Below are positions 34,857 to 43,558 of a stretch of DNA of 64,000 bases, in pieces. The notes beneath the pieces are model-generated. The model searched no databases. It worked only from the letters and a program-made list of their open reading frames with translations, and was not told the DNA's origin. Source of the DNA: a virus (lineage: Duplodnaviria > Heunggongvirae > Uroviricota > Caudoviricetes); the IMG/VR virus record IMGVR_UViG_3300027744_000008; one strand, given 5' to 3'. Numbering within the stretch: the first letter of the stretch is position 1; the number at the start of each line of letters is the position of its first letter. The position numbers were made by a program, and so were the translations under genes.

Positions 34857-35103
34857 AGAAAAGAAACTTAAAGTAGAGTTTGCGCCCGGTGCGTTTGACT
34901 CTTTTGACGGCACACAAGAAGAACTTGATGAGATGATTGCTGAAATAACAACTATGTTTGCAGAACTAACTCCAGAAGAATTAGAATCTCGCAGTCGTAC
35001 AATCGATATCACAGACATTCTCAACGATGATAGTCTTAGTGTAGATGAATATACTCAAATTATGAAGTCATTGTTGGACGACAACGACAGGACTTTACAA
35101 TGA
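34849..35103 (+). CDS. acidic hypothetical protein
   Basis: Start corrected to MTEEKK. Confidence 0.6.
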   Translation: MTEEKKLKVEFAPGAFDSFDGTQEELDEMIAEITTMFAELTPEELESRSRTIDITDILNDDSLSVDEYTQIMKSLLDDNDRTLQ

Positions 35104-35282
35104 AAGAAGTTGGACAACGAATGTCAGAATTAATGGCGCCTGTTGATCAACAATTAATGATGTGCGACGACACAAACGAATTGTTAATGATGGCCTGTGC
35201 CATGCTACAACGATCATCTGAAATTTTTGATCAGGTAATAGGTCCAGACGGACGCAAAGCAATGTTTAAGGAAAAATCATGA
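35100..35282 (+). CDS. hypothetical protein
   Basis: ATGA overlaps on both sides. Confidence 0.6.
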   Translation: MKEVGQRMSELMAPVDQQLMMCDDTNELLMMACAMLQRSSEIFDQVIGPDGRKAMFKEKS

Positions 35283-35491
35283 AAGAGTTTATAGTAACAG
35301 AAAATAACGCATATAGACTGCGTATTAAAAGCTGGAAGTGTTTAAATCCAAATAATTTAAATAGTTTAGAATTTATTCAAGAAACCAAAAATAAGGAAGG
35401 CAACATAAATGACAAATCAATATACAATTTTTTCCTCACTGACAGCGAAATTAAAGAGCTTGTTAACGGTCTCCAAGACATCACAGGCTAA
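35279..35491 (+). CDS. hypothetical protein
   Basis: AAGGA RBS and ATGA overlap. Confidence 0.55.
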   Translation: MKEFIVTENNAYRLRIKSWKCLNPNNLNSLEFIQETKNKEGNINDKSIYNFFLTDSEIKELVNGLQDITG

Positions 35492-36047
35492 AATTTCTAA
35501 TGCAGAATATACTAGGCTAGTTGAGAGCATCTGCAAACAGATCAGAAAAAGTAACTGGCGGCCTAGTTGTGTCGTAGGTATTACTAGAGGCGGTCTAATG
35601 CCCGCTGTCATGATTAGTCATTACTTCGATGTAAAAATGTATTCTTTAGATATAAGTTTACGTGACGATGGAGAATGCACTAGTAATTTATGGCTGGCCG
35701 AAGAAGCCTATGGATATACTCCCAAAGAAGAACGTGACGAGCAATTACATTTCGAAGTAAGTGGTATTCCAGCATCATCGTTAAGAGCTAGAAAAGACAT
35801 CCTAATTGTTGACGACATCAACGATCAAGGAGCCACACTTAACTGGCTAATGGAAGATTGGGCTAGTGGATGTTTCCCTGATGATTCTTCTTGGAAATCT
35901 GTTTGGAATAACAATGTTAAATTTGCTGTAGTGGTTAATAATGCCGCTAGTAAATGTAATGTTAAAATGGATTTTGTTGGCAAAGAAATTGACAAAAGCA
36001 AAGATGATTCTTGGATTGTATTTCCTTATGAAGAGTGGTGGAAATGA
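35409..36047 (+). CDS. type I purine phosphoribosyltransferase-like protein (start uncertain)
   Basis: GITRGG, PRPP-binding LIVDDINDQGATL, WIVFPYE. Confidence 0.85.
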   Translation: MTNQYTIFSSLTAKLKSLLTVSKTSQAKISNAEYTRLVESICKQIRKSNWRPSCVVGITRGGLMPAVMISHYFDVKMYSLDISLRDDGECTSNLWLAEEAYGYTPKEERDEQLHFEVSGIPASSLRARKDILIVDDINDQGATLNWLMEDWASGCFPDDSSWKSVWNNNVKFAVVVNNAASKCNVKMDFVGKEIDKSKDDSWIVFPYEEWWK

Positions 36048-36223
36048 TTAAACGATTTTTAAGTATACTACATTTTATTTTAATTCCGGTCTTGGGAATT
36101 TGGGCCTTCAACACTTTATGGCCCAGCGTTAGTATTCCATTCTCTATAGAGACTTGGATTGCTGGTGCAGTATTGTTTAATAGACATTCTATAGAACGCC
36201 TTATTAAATTTAAAAATGACTGA
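36044..36223 (+). CDS. small membrane protein
   Basis: Two hydrophobic segments. Confidence 0.55.
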   Translation: MIKRFLSILHFILIPVLGIWAFNTLWPSVSIPFSIETWIAGAVLFNRHSIERLIKFKND

Positions 36224-36584
36224 TTTAGAAAAAGCCCTTAGTCAAGGAAGAGCTCCTTGGAAATCTATTGAATATAGAACTAAGGACTATTGGGTCTTTT
36301 TAGACGCATACCCTGTGACTCACGGACATTTATTATTTGTTCCGACCTATGAAAAGTTTGAGAATGTTATAGAATGTTGTAAGGCTGCATATAAGTTTGG
36401 GTATATAGGAGTAGAATCTGAAAAATGGGATGGATTCAATGTCGGACAAAACTGTGGCGAGGCTGCTGGGCAAACTGTAGAATATCCACATGTACATATG
36501 ATTCCTCGCCGCAAGGGAGACATGGAAGATCCACGTGGCGGGGTTCGTCATGTTATACCTAAAAAGGGAAATTATAAAAAATGA
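36216..36584 (+). CDS. HIT-family nucleotide hydrolase
   Basis: YPVTHGHLL, AAGQTV, PHVHMIPR. Confidence 0.9.
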   Translation: MTDLEKALSQGRAPWKSIEYRTKDYWVFLDAYPVTHGHLLFVPTYEKFENVIECCKAAYKFGYIGVESEKWDGFNVGQNCGEAAGQTVEYPHVHMIPRRKGDMEDPRGGVRHVIPKKGNYKK

Positions 36585-36736
36585 GTACATTAAAAATCAC
36601 AATAGCAGTACTGGTAGTAATATTGTCTGCTATCAACATATATCTATATTGGGGCACTCCAGCAGTATACGGGTGGGTTGTTGCAATTACTGGATGGGTT
36701 GATCATTGTTTTCCAAAAACTTCTAAAGATGTCTGA
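36581..36736 (+). CDS. 51-aa membrane protein (absent from the ORF track)
   Basis: Hand translation MSTLKITIAVLVVILSAINIYLYWG...; fills the gap with overlaps at both ends. Confidence 0.6.
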   Translation: MSTLKITIAVLVVILSAINIYLYWGTPAVYGWVVAITGWVDHCFPKTSKDV

Positions 36737-36929
36737 CAATACTATTACGGTGGTGTGGGATAATCAGAATGGATTCTGGTGGAAAGAAACCTGTGCTATG
36801 GTAGTAGAAGTATTTGGATTGCCTGGCAATCGTTATGACTCAAGACCAGAACACGATGCTATGTTTTTTGATTTTAAAAATAAAAAAGATGCAGACCTAT
36901 GTCGTATACTACTAAGTGAAAGATTATAA
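36729..36929 (+). CDS. small hypothetical protein
   Basis: FGLPGNRY...F.FKNKKD motif; paralogue of 26957. Confidence 0.6.
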   Translation: MSDNTITVVWDNQNGFWWKETCAMVVEVFGLPGNRYDSRPEHDAMFFDFKNKKDADLCRILLSERL

Positions 36930-36943
36930 TTTTTCACTAAAGG

Positions 36944-36973
36944 TTGACAACGACCTAAATAATCATGTACAAT
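36944..36973 (+). promoter_or_regulatory. sigma70-type promoter with internal TAAATA (folE)
   Basis: TTGACA-18 nt-TACAAT; TAAATA at 36956-36961. Confidence 0.6.
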
Positions 36974-37019
36974 AGTACAAATAATAGACATCCACGTCAT
37001 TAACTCGGAGAATAATAAT

Positions 37020-37760
37020 ATGGTGTATAATAAAGCATACGAAAGCAACGACGAAGAAGTTGTTGATACAAGTAAAAATCTATCGCAGGTCATTCGCAGT
37101 AAAATGCGTCAAGAAGGCAGACGATTCTGGGCAGGAGATAATATTAGTGAATATATGTCTCCTGCAATTAAATCTGCACTAATTGACGAGGCTACAGAAG
37201 CATTTGAAAAAGTATTGGACACTTTACTAATTGATCGAGAAACTGATCCTAACAGCAAGGGCACAGCACGTAGACTTGCTAAAATGTACTACAACGAAAT
37301 AATGGCAGGAAGATATGAACCAGCACCAGATTGCACAGCATTTCCAAATGATTCTGCAGACCGTTACGAAGGCATGCTTGTGGTTCGCAGTGAGTTACGT
37401 TCCATGTGTTCTCATCATCACCAGCCTGTATCTGGGGTTGCCTACATCGGTATCATTGCCGCTAATAAACTTATTGGCTTGTCTAAATATACCAGAATAG
37501 CACAGTGGTGTGCCCGCAGAGGAACCTTGCAAGAAGAACTATGTATAGATATCACTAACGAAATTATGGCTGCAACTGGCAGCGAGAACGTTGGTGTGTA
37601 TATTCAGGCAGTTCACGGATGCTGTGAGAATCGAGGTATCATGGCACATAGTTCATTGACGCAGACCACTGTGTTGCGGGGTGCATTCAAAGAAGATGAC
37701 AGTGTAAAGAAAGAGTTCATGGATAATATTAAGTTACAACAAGAATTTGCATCAAGATGA
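37020..37760 (+). CDS. folE: GTP cyclohydrolase I
   Basis: SMCSHH, GLSK, LQE, HGC...RG motifs. Confidence 0.95.
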   Translation: MVYNKAYESNDEEVVDTSKNLSQVIRSKMRQEGRRFWAGDNISEYMSPAIKSALIDEATEAFEKVLDTLLIDRETDPNSKGTARRLAKMYYNEIMAGRYEPAPDCTAFPNDSADRYEGMLVVRSELRSMCSHHHQPVSGVAYIGIIAANKLIGLSKYTRIAQWCARRGTLQEELCIDITNEIMAATGSENVGVYIQAVHGCCENRGIMAHSSLTQTTVLRGAFKEDDSVKKEFMDNIKLQQEFASR

Positions 37761-37873
37761 TTTACATTACAAACATAACAGGCGAAATAAAATTGCCCTG
37801 GGAACCAGGGTTATTAGAGTGCTTGCAGGAACAATATCCTGCAAGCAAATATAGAGTAGTAGAATTAACTTAA
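37757..37873 (+). CDS. 38-aa hypothetical protein (absent from the ORF track)
   Basis: ATGA overlap with folE; MIYITNITGEIKLPWEPGLL... Confidence 0.45.
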   Translation: MIYITNITGEIKLPWEPGLLECLQEQYPASKYRVVELT

Positions 37874-37884
37874 AGGAAAACAAA

Positions 37885-38076
37885 ATGGCAAAACTAAGAA
37901 AACTAACAAAAGTAAACGAGTCAATTACACTTAATCGTTACGACAACGGTTGGATGGTAGAAGTTGGCGGACGTGATCAAGAAAATGATTGGAAGAACGC
38001 TAAAATCATGTGTAGCACAGAAGCAGAAGTTATTGAAGTAGTCCAAGAGTGGAACTCAATGGACCTTGATAATTAA
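37885..38076 (+). CDS. hypothetical protein
   Basis: AAGGA RBS. Confidence 0.65.
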   Translation: MAKLRKLTKVNESITLNRYDNGWMVEVGGRDQENDWKNAKIMCSTEAEVIEVVQEWNSMDLDN

Positions 38077-38085
38077 GGAGATATT

Positions 38086-38784
38086 ATGTTTGGCGCAAAC
38101 TACAATGACAATGGTGTTATTAACTATCGTTCAGCAGAAGAAATTAATTCGGCTATGGGTCGTGTGTATGGACACATGAGTGTGGCTGTGCTGGTCAGTA
38201 TGCTGATCAGTTACTGGGTTGGTACCACTCCGGAACTGTTGCAATTTTTCTTCACCGGCGTGTTGAAATGGATTATAATTTTTGCACCATTAGCAGCCAT
38301 ATTTGGTGTGAGTTATGTGTTGGCCAATAATCCCACAAAATCTGTGGCACAGTTGTGTCTACATGGGTTTGCGGCCTTAATGGGTTTGAGCTTTTCAATG
38401 ATCTTTGCTGTATTCACCATGGGATCTATTGTTAGTGCATTCATGGGTGCCGCCATCTTGTTTGGCGTAATGAGTGGCTACGGTTACTTTACTAAACAGA
38501 GCCTTGACAGTCTTGGCAAGTTTATGTTTGTGGGCTTGATTGCCATTGTGATTGCCAGCATTGTGAACATCTTTATTGGTTCAACTGTGATGCAGATGGT
38601 TATCAGTGCCCTGGCTATCATAATCTTCCTAGGACTCACTGCCTACGACACACAAAAGATTCGTGAAGAACTCAGTGCAGAGACTAGTGATAGTGCAGAA
38701 GTACGTGGTGCATTAACATTGTACATGGATTTCATCAACTTGTTCTTGAATCTGTTGCAGTTGTTTGGCGGTAGAAAGGAATAA
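38086..38784 (+). CDS. Bax inhibitor-1 / YccA family membrane protein
   Basis: About seven TM helices; TAYDTQKI and ALTLYMDFINLF. Confidence 0.92.
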   Translation: MFGANYNDNGVINYRSAEEINSAMGRVYGHMSVAVLVSMLISYWVGTTPELLQFFFTGVLKWIIIFAPLAAIFGVSYVLANNPTKSVAQLCLHGFAALMGLSFSMIFAVFTMGSIVSAFMGAAILFGVMSGYGYFTKQSLDSLGKFMFVGLIAIVIASIVNIFIGSTVMQMVISALAIIIFLGLTAYDTQKIREELSAETSDSAEVRGALTLYMDFINLFLNLLQLFGGRKE

Positions 38785-38785
38785 T

Positions 38786-39202
38786 ATGGCAACTTGGAAA
38801 CTCAGTCCCCAATACAAAAAGTCCGCTGTTGAAAGGTCTATCTGGACCAAAGACGGGGTCAATGTTGTACGCGAAGAGGGCTATCGCTGGGGTACATTCT
38901 ATTGCGAAAGCGACGAACAGCCTGATGTTGATTTAAAAAATCTCGACGGTTACGAAATTGGTGGCGACTATGACTGGGAACTTGAAAGCCTAGATGATGG
39001 TTGCTGGGCTGATTGGGAGTTTCCAGATGACATGAATGATGAAGATCGCAAGGCGATTGAAGCAGCCTGGGACGAAGACTTCTATGACGGTATGGAATCC
39101 CTAGGCTGGAGCAATGACGACACCGAATATCATTTCCATGGTCCATTACGCTTGGAAAATGAAGACACCGGTGAGGTATTTGAAGGAGAACCCGAAGCAT
39201 GA
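38786..39202 (+). CDS. acidic hypothetical protein
   Basis: AAGGA RBS; start corrected. Confidence 0.65.
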   Translation: MATWKLSPQYKKSAVERSIWTKDGVNVVREEGYRWGTFYCESDEQPDVDLKNLDGYEIGGDYDWELESLDDGCWADWEFPDDMNDEDRKAIEAAWDEDFYDGMESLGWSNDDTEYHFHGPLRLENEDTGEVFEGEPEA

Positions 39203-39429
39203 AAAATTCTGTAGAACAAGCAAATAATTTAATCTTTCGAGCTAGAAATTTGAAGGAGTTTACTGTTACTACTGAATTACCTGAGAATTTTTCATTTAAT
39301 GGCACTATCCCATTTGATTTAAAAATTAAAGATAACGTAATAGAAGCTACCGTGTGGGCTGTAGATTTTGACGAAGCCGCAGTTAGATTAAACGAATATT
39401 TAGAGAGTTGTAATAATGATGATGACTGA
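39199..39429 (+). CDS. hypothetical protein
   Basis: ATGA overlap. Confidence 0.6.
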   Translation: MKNSVEQANNLIFRARNLKEFTVTTELPENFSFNGTIPFDLKIKDNVIEATVWAVDFDEAAVRLNEYLESCNNDDD

Positions 39430-39772
39430 AATTCCTGCAGAAGGCATAATGAAAACACACGATTGGGGCAACTCAAAAGTCTATCGTGTTGCCTGTAGTT
39501 GTGGCTGTGAAGAACACGATCATAATATGTGGGTTGAAGCAGACGATCACGACATTACTGTTACCGTATTCACTACAACTAAAACTAATTTTTGGTCTAA
39601 GACACGTTGGTATCATATTTGGACATTGTTGACTAAAGGTTATATTGATACCGAATCAACAATTTGTATGACACAACAACAGTCAAAAAACTATGCAGAA
39701 ACACTAAAGTCTGCTATAATAGACGTAGATGAATTTAGAAAGATAAAAAATGAGCAAACTAAAAATAGCTGA
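39416..39772 (+). CDS. hypothetical protein with CxCxC..H motif
   Basis: ORF in operon. Confidence 0.6.
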   Translation: MMMTEIPAEGIMKTHDWGNSKVYRVACSCGCEEHDHNMWVEADDHDITVTVFTTTKTNFWSKTRWYHIWTLLTKGYIDTESTICMTQQQSKNYAETLKSAIIDVDEFRKIKNEQTKNS

Positions 39773-40598
39773 ACTATTTTACAGTATACAAGGTGAAGGA
39801 AGGTACATGGGTGTACCTTCTGTCTTCTTACGTACATTTGGATGCAATTTTACCTGTGATGGGTTTGGAATGAGCAGGGGAGAGAAATCAAATGAAAGAA
39901 ACATTATTGCAGAAAATGCAGAAAGTTTTAAATCTTATCAACTTCTACCACTTGTATCTACTGGATGCGATAGCTATGCAAGTTGGGATCCACGTTTCAA
40001 ACATCTTAGCCCTCTTCTCGACACTGATACTATTGCCAATACTATTTGTGATATACTGCCTCATGGGCATTGGCAAGATGAGCATTTGGTTATCACAGGC
40101 GGCGAACCGTTGTTAGGTTGGCAACGTGCTTATCCAGAGTTACTGTCACATCCTAAAATGTCTGAACTAAAGGAAATCACATTTGAAACAAATGGTACTC
40201 AAACATTAAGTTCAGAATTTAAAGAATACTTAACAGACTGGGCATTTGGAAGTGATGAACGAGAAATTACATTTTCAGTAAGTGCTAAACTGCCGTGTAG
40301 TGGCGAGAAGTGGGAAGAAGCCATCCTTCCAGAAGTAGTATGCGAGTATGAAAAACGTGGTACAGCATACTTAAAGTTTGTCATTGCCACTGAACAAGAT
40401 TTTGAAGATGCCCAACGTGCTACTGAAGAATATCGTAAGGCAGGGTTTAAAGGACATGTTTATCTAATGCCAGTGGGTGGCGTAGAAAGTGTCTACGCAA
40501 TGAACAATAAAAATGTAGCAATATTGGCTATGAAAAACGGCTTACGATATAGTGACAGATTGCAAGTACCGTTGTTTAAAAATGAGTGGGGAACGTAA
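39750..40598 (+). CDS. queE: 7-carboxy-7-deazaguanine synthase (radical SAM)
   Basis: ELFYSIQGEG, FLR.FGC, TGGEP, ETNG, C-terminal RLQ. Confidence 0.9.
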   Translation: MSKLKIAELFYSIQGEGRYMGVPSVFLRTFGCNFTCDGFGMSRGEKSNERNIIAENAESFKSYQLLPLVSTGCDSYASWDPRFKHLSPLLDTDTIANTICDILPHGHWQDEHLVITGGEPLLGWQRAYPELLSHPKMSELKEITFETNGTQTLSSEFKEYLTDWAFGSDEREITFSVSAKLPCSGEKWEEAILPEVVCEYEKRGTAYLKFVIATEQDFEDAQRATEEYRKAGFKGHVYLMPVGGVESVYAMNNKNVAILAMKNGLRYSDRLQVPLFKNEWGT

Positions 40599-41071
40599 TG
40601 ATAAAACAATTTTTGAAGAAAATTACAGGCATTCAATTAATTGAGGATGTCAAATTAAAAGCTCAAGCAGAAGCAGAGGCTGCTGTAAAAATTGCAGAAG
40701 ATGCTGCCACTGCTGCCAAAGTTGCCTTAGAGGCTGCAGAACGAGCTAATAAAGAAGCTGAGATAGCTAAAATGACTCCAAAGGATCGAGCTAATGCCAA
40801 AGGTGAACCTTGGGTAAGTGTGCTAGATACTAAGGTCAATCCAGATAATCCAAGAAATGGCTTTTTTGAACTTGACTGGAACGAACTGTTTGTGTTACAA
40901 TTGAAACAAGCTGGATACGGTTTTGACGGTGATCCAGATGAAGAAATCGTTGATCGTTGGTTTAGAGATCTAGCAAGAAATATGCTAGGCGAAGAAGGTA
41001 TGGACCAATCACGTGGATCTGGATTTATTAATGTTAACAAATTAGCGGACGGTAAAGCCGAAGTAAAATGA
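40598..41071 (+). CDS. hypothetical protein
   Basis: Ala-rich coil followed by an FFELDWN domain. Confidence 0.65.
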   Translation: MIKQFLKKITGIQLIEDVKLKAQAEAEAAVKIAEDAATAAKVALEAAERANKEAEIAKMTPKDRANAKGEPWVSVLDTKVNPDNPRNGFFELDWNELFVLQLKQAGYGFDGDPDEEIVDRWFRDLARNMLGEEGMDQSRGSGFINVNKLADGKAEVK

Positions 41072-42051
41072 GTTATATCTTAGTCGACACTGCTAACACG
41101 TTTTTTCGTGCAAGGCATGTAGTTCGAGGTGATGCCGATATCAAACTTGGTATGGCGTTGCACATTACATTTAACAGTATTAAGAAGGCCTGGCAAGACT
41201 TTGGAGGCAAGCATGTTGTCTTCTGCCTCGAAGGTCGCTCGTGGCGTAAAGATTTTTATGCACCCTACAAACGTAATAGACAAGACACTCGTGATGCAAT
41301 GAGTGCTAAAGAGCAAGAAGAAGATAAATTGTTCTGGGAAACGTTTGATGCATTCAAAGATTTTGTTAAAGATAAAACAAATTGTACAGTATTACAACAT
41401 CCGCGACTAGAAGCTGATGATTTGATTGCAGGCTTCATTCAAGCGCACCCCAATGACAATCATGTTATTATTAGCACAGACACAGATTTTCATCAGTTGA
41501 TTGCACCAAATGTTCGACAATACAACGGTGTAGCAGATACACTTACTACGCACGAAGGTATCTTTGATAAAAAAGGTAAATCGATAATTGATAAGAAAAC
41601 TAAAGAGGCTGTTCCTGCACCGAACCCAAAATGGATTTTATTTGAGAAATGTATGAGAGGTGACACTAGCGATAATGTCTTCTCAGCATATCCCGGCGTT
41701 CGTACTAAGGGTAGTAAAAATAAAGTTGGTCTTACAGAAGCATTTGAAGATCGCAACTCTAAAGGGTACTCGTGGAACAATCTCATGCTTCAGCGTTGGG
41801 TTGACCATAATGGCGAAGAACATCGTGTATTAGATGACTATCAACGCAATGTTATTCTTGTTGATCTTACTGCACAGCCTGCAGACATTAAACAAATTAT
41901 TCAAGATACAATTAAAGAAAATGCTATGCCTAAGTCAGTAGACCAGGTTGGTGTTCGTATGTTAAAATTTTGCAATCTATATGACATGCAAAAAATAGCC
42001 GATAACATACAGCAATATGCGGCTCCTTTTCAAGCAAAGTACACACTATGA
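41068..42051 (+). CDS. RNase H / 5'-3' flap exonuclease (T4 rnh-like)
   Basis: LVD, YK.NR, EADD, STDTD, GDTSDN motifs. Confidence 0.92.
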   Translation: MSYILVDTANTFFRARHVVRGDADIKLGMALHITFNSIKKAWQDFGGKHVVFCLEGRSWRKDFYAPYKRNRQDTRDAMSAKEQEEDKLFWETFDAFKDFVKDKTNCTVLQHPRLEADDLIAGFIQAHPNDNHVIISTDTDFHQLIAPNVRQYNGVADTLTTHEGIFDKKGKSIIDKKTKEAVPAPNPKWILFEKCMRGDTSDNVFSAYPGVRTKGSKNKVGLTEAFEDRNSKGYSWNNLMLQRWVDHNGEEHRVLDDYQRNVILVDLTAQPADIKQIIQDTIKENAMPKSVDQVGVRMLKFCNLYDMQKIADNIQQYAAPFQAKYTL

Positions 42052-42521
42052 CAGAATTACACGCTAAACCAATTGTAGATGGAAAATTTTGGATCGTTGA
42101 ACAAAACGGTGAAAAAATTGCCACGTTACATAAAAAAGAAAACAACAAATTTATGTTAAGTAATAAAGATGGAGAGATTTATTTTAGTAAAAAAGAAGAA
42201 CTAACCAAGCAGTTCGGTAAGAATTTCTTTTTGCCTAAAGTTAAAACTACAATTACATCTGCTGAGCCTAACGAGTGTCATGGATATCCGACTAGTTGTA
42301 CACCGTACAATAGTATGTTTGATGTAAGACAAAAACTACCACTGTTTACAAAAAGCTCTGCAAGTAAGAGTCTATATTGTGCAGGATATTACATAATTAA
42401 ATTTGACAAAGGATGGGTCAAAAGTTTCTGTCCTAAGCTAATTACTATTGAAAGATATCCTTTTAAAGGACCATTTATGGACGAATTAGAGATGAAACAG
42501 GTGCTATCAAATGTCAAGTGA
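42048..42521 (+). CDS. hypothetical protein
   Basis: ORF in operon. Confidence 0.65.
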   Translation: MTELHAKPIVDGKFWIVEQNGEKIATLHKKENNKFMLSNKDGEIYFSKKEELTKQFGKNFFLPKVKTTITSAEPNECHGYPTSCTPYNSMFDVRQKLPLFTKSSASKSLYCAGYYIIKFDKGWVKSFCPKLITIERYPFKGPFMDELEMKQVLSNVK

Positions 42522-42759
42522 TCCAATTAACACCATTGCTATACAACAATTTATACAACAGGTAAAAATTGCCGATGCTAGTCAACAAAAAGAAATCCGT
42601 ATGGATATAAAAAATGCCAAGGCTCTTAGCTTTGCTCTTACAGAAGTGTTGGCAAAACTAACACAGGACTATGAGATTTTATTAAAAGAATTGCTCAAAG
42701 CCAGTGGTAATGACACCATTACAGTGGCCATGGACGGTGGCGGATTTTCAAACAAATAG
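42511..42759 (+). CDS. hypothetical protein
   Basis: Ends MDGGGF. Confidence 0.6.
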   Translation: MSSDPINTIAIQQFIQQVKIADASQQKEIRMDIKNAKALSFALTEVLAKLTQDYEILLKELLKASGNDTITVAMDGGGFSNK

Positions 42760-42763
42760 AGGA

Positions 42764-42798
42764 TAAATATATGCGTAGTTATCGAGGACGCATATATG
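42764..42798 (+). promoter_or_regulatory. late promoter TAAATA overlapping a start-codon-sequestering hairpin
   Basis: Perfect 10-bp inverted repeat ATATATGCGT (42767-42776) / ACGCATATAT (42788-42797). Confidence 0.65.
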
Positions 42799-43080
42799 TC
42801 AAGGCCCAAGCCAAACGTGCTTTTAGAGCATATTAATAAAAAAACTTATAAGAGTGAGCAGATCTTAGAAGCCGATGCCATTTGGGCTGTATTTTATAAG
42901 GGCGAGCCTTTTAACTTAAAAAGCTCAAACAGTCTTACCAGTTATCCAGGTCCTAAATATAAAAAAGTAAGTTTTTCAAATCCGGGTCACGCCCACAATC
43001 TTGCTAAAAAACTAAATTTAACTTTTGGCACACAGGATTTTCAAGTTGTTAAACTTACCCAAGGTGAAATTATAAAATGA
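42796..43080 (+). CDS. hypothetical protein
   Basis: GAGG RBS; MSRPKP start. Confidence 0.7.
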   Translation: MSRPKPNVLLEHINKKTYKSEQILEADAIWAVFYKGEPFNLKSSNSLTSYPGPKYKKVSFSNPGHAHNLAKKLNLTFGTQDFQVVKLTQGEIIK

Positions 43081-43466
43081 TAAGCAAAGAAACATACACT
43101 ATTATGTTTCTAAAAGAATGGGGCAAAAGTACAGATGCTGCCAATCTAAAATTATATACTAGAAATTGGTGGCAAAATAATAGATCCAAAGAGTCCGGCG
43201 GACTACGCTTAACCGACGAAGGTTATGAATTTTTGGTTGGAGAATTGCATCTTAAAGAGTACGAGGTTCCATTTACCGAACCAATTGAACTAAGTCCACA
43301 AACTATAATCTTTTTGGATAGATATATCGATTGCCCATATTATCTTACAAACAATAGTATTACAGTATTTTCTGAGCGCAAGAGTTTTGAACTGTACATG
43401 TTTTCAGACGATATCCGAAAATTTGGAATTATCAAAGCCCTTAATAATTTAAAACAAGAAGAATAA
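43077..43466 (+). CDS. hypothetical protein
   Basis: GGLRLT..G motif, possibly winged-helix. Confidence 0.65.
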   Translation: MISKETYTIMFLKEWGKSTDAANLKLYTRNWWQNNRSKESGGLRLTDEGYEFLVGELHLKEYEVPFTEPIELSPQTIIFLDRYIDCPYYLTNNSITVFSERKSFELYMFSDDIRKFGIIKALNNLKQEE

Positions 43467-43486
43467 CTACTTTGGCTAACAAGGTG

Positions 43487-43523
43487 TTGACAAAGTCTAA
43501 GTATTGTCATATAATACTTAGAC
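43487..43523 (+). promoter_or_regulatory. sigma70-type promoter with overlapping 11-bp inverted repeat
   Basis: TTGACA-17 nt-TATAAT; GTCTAAGTATT/AATACTTAGAC. Confidence 0.8.
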
Positions 43524-43558
43524 AGTGACAGCAAACTTTTAACCAAGATAGGAATTTT

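Noticed and set aside
38859-39476. 205-aa minus-strand ORF and similar antisense ORFs (e.g. 45265-45906, 59514-60134, 58218-58694, 18294-18734)
   Set aside because: They lie opposite well-supported genes, lack an RBS and motifs, and look like antisense shadows of codon bias.
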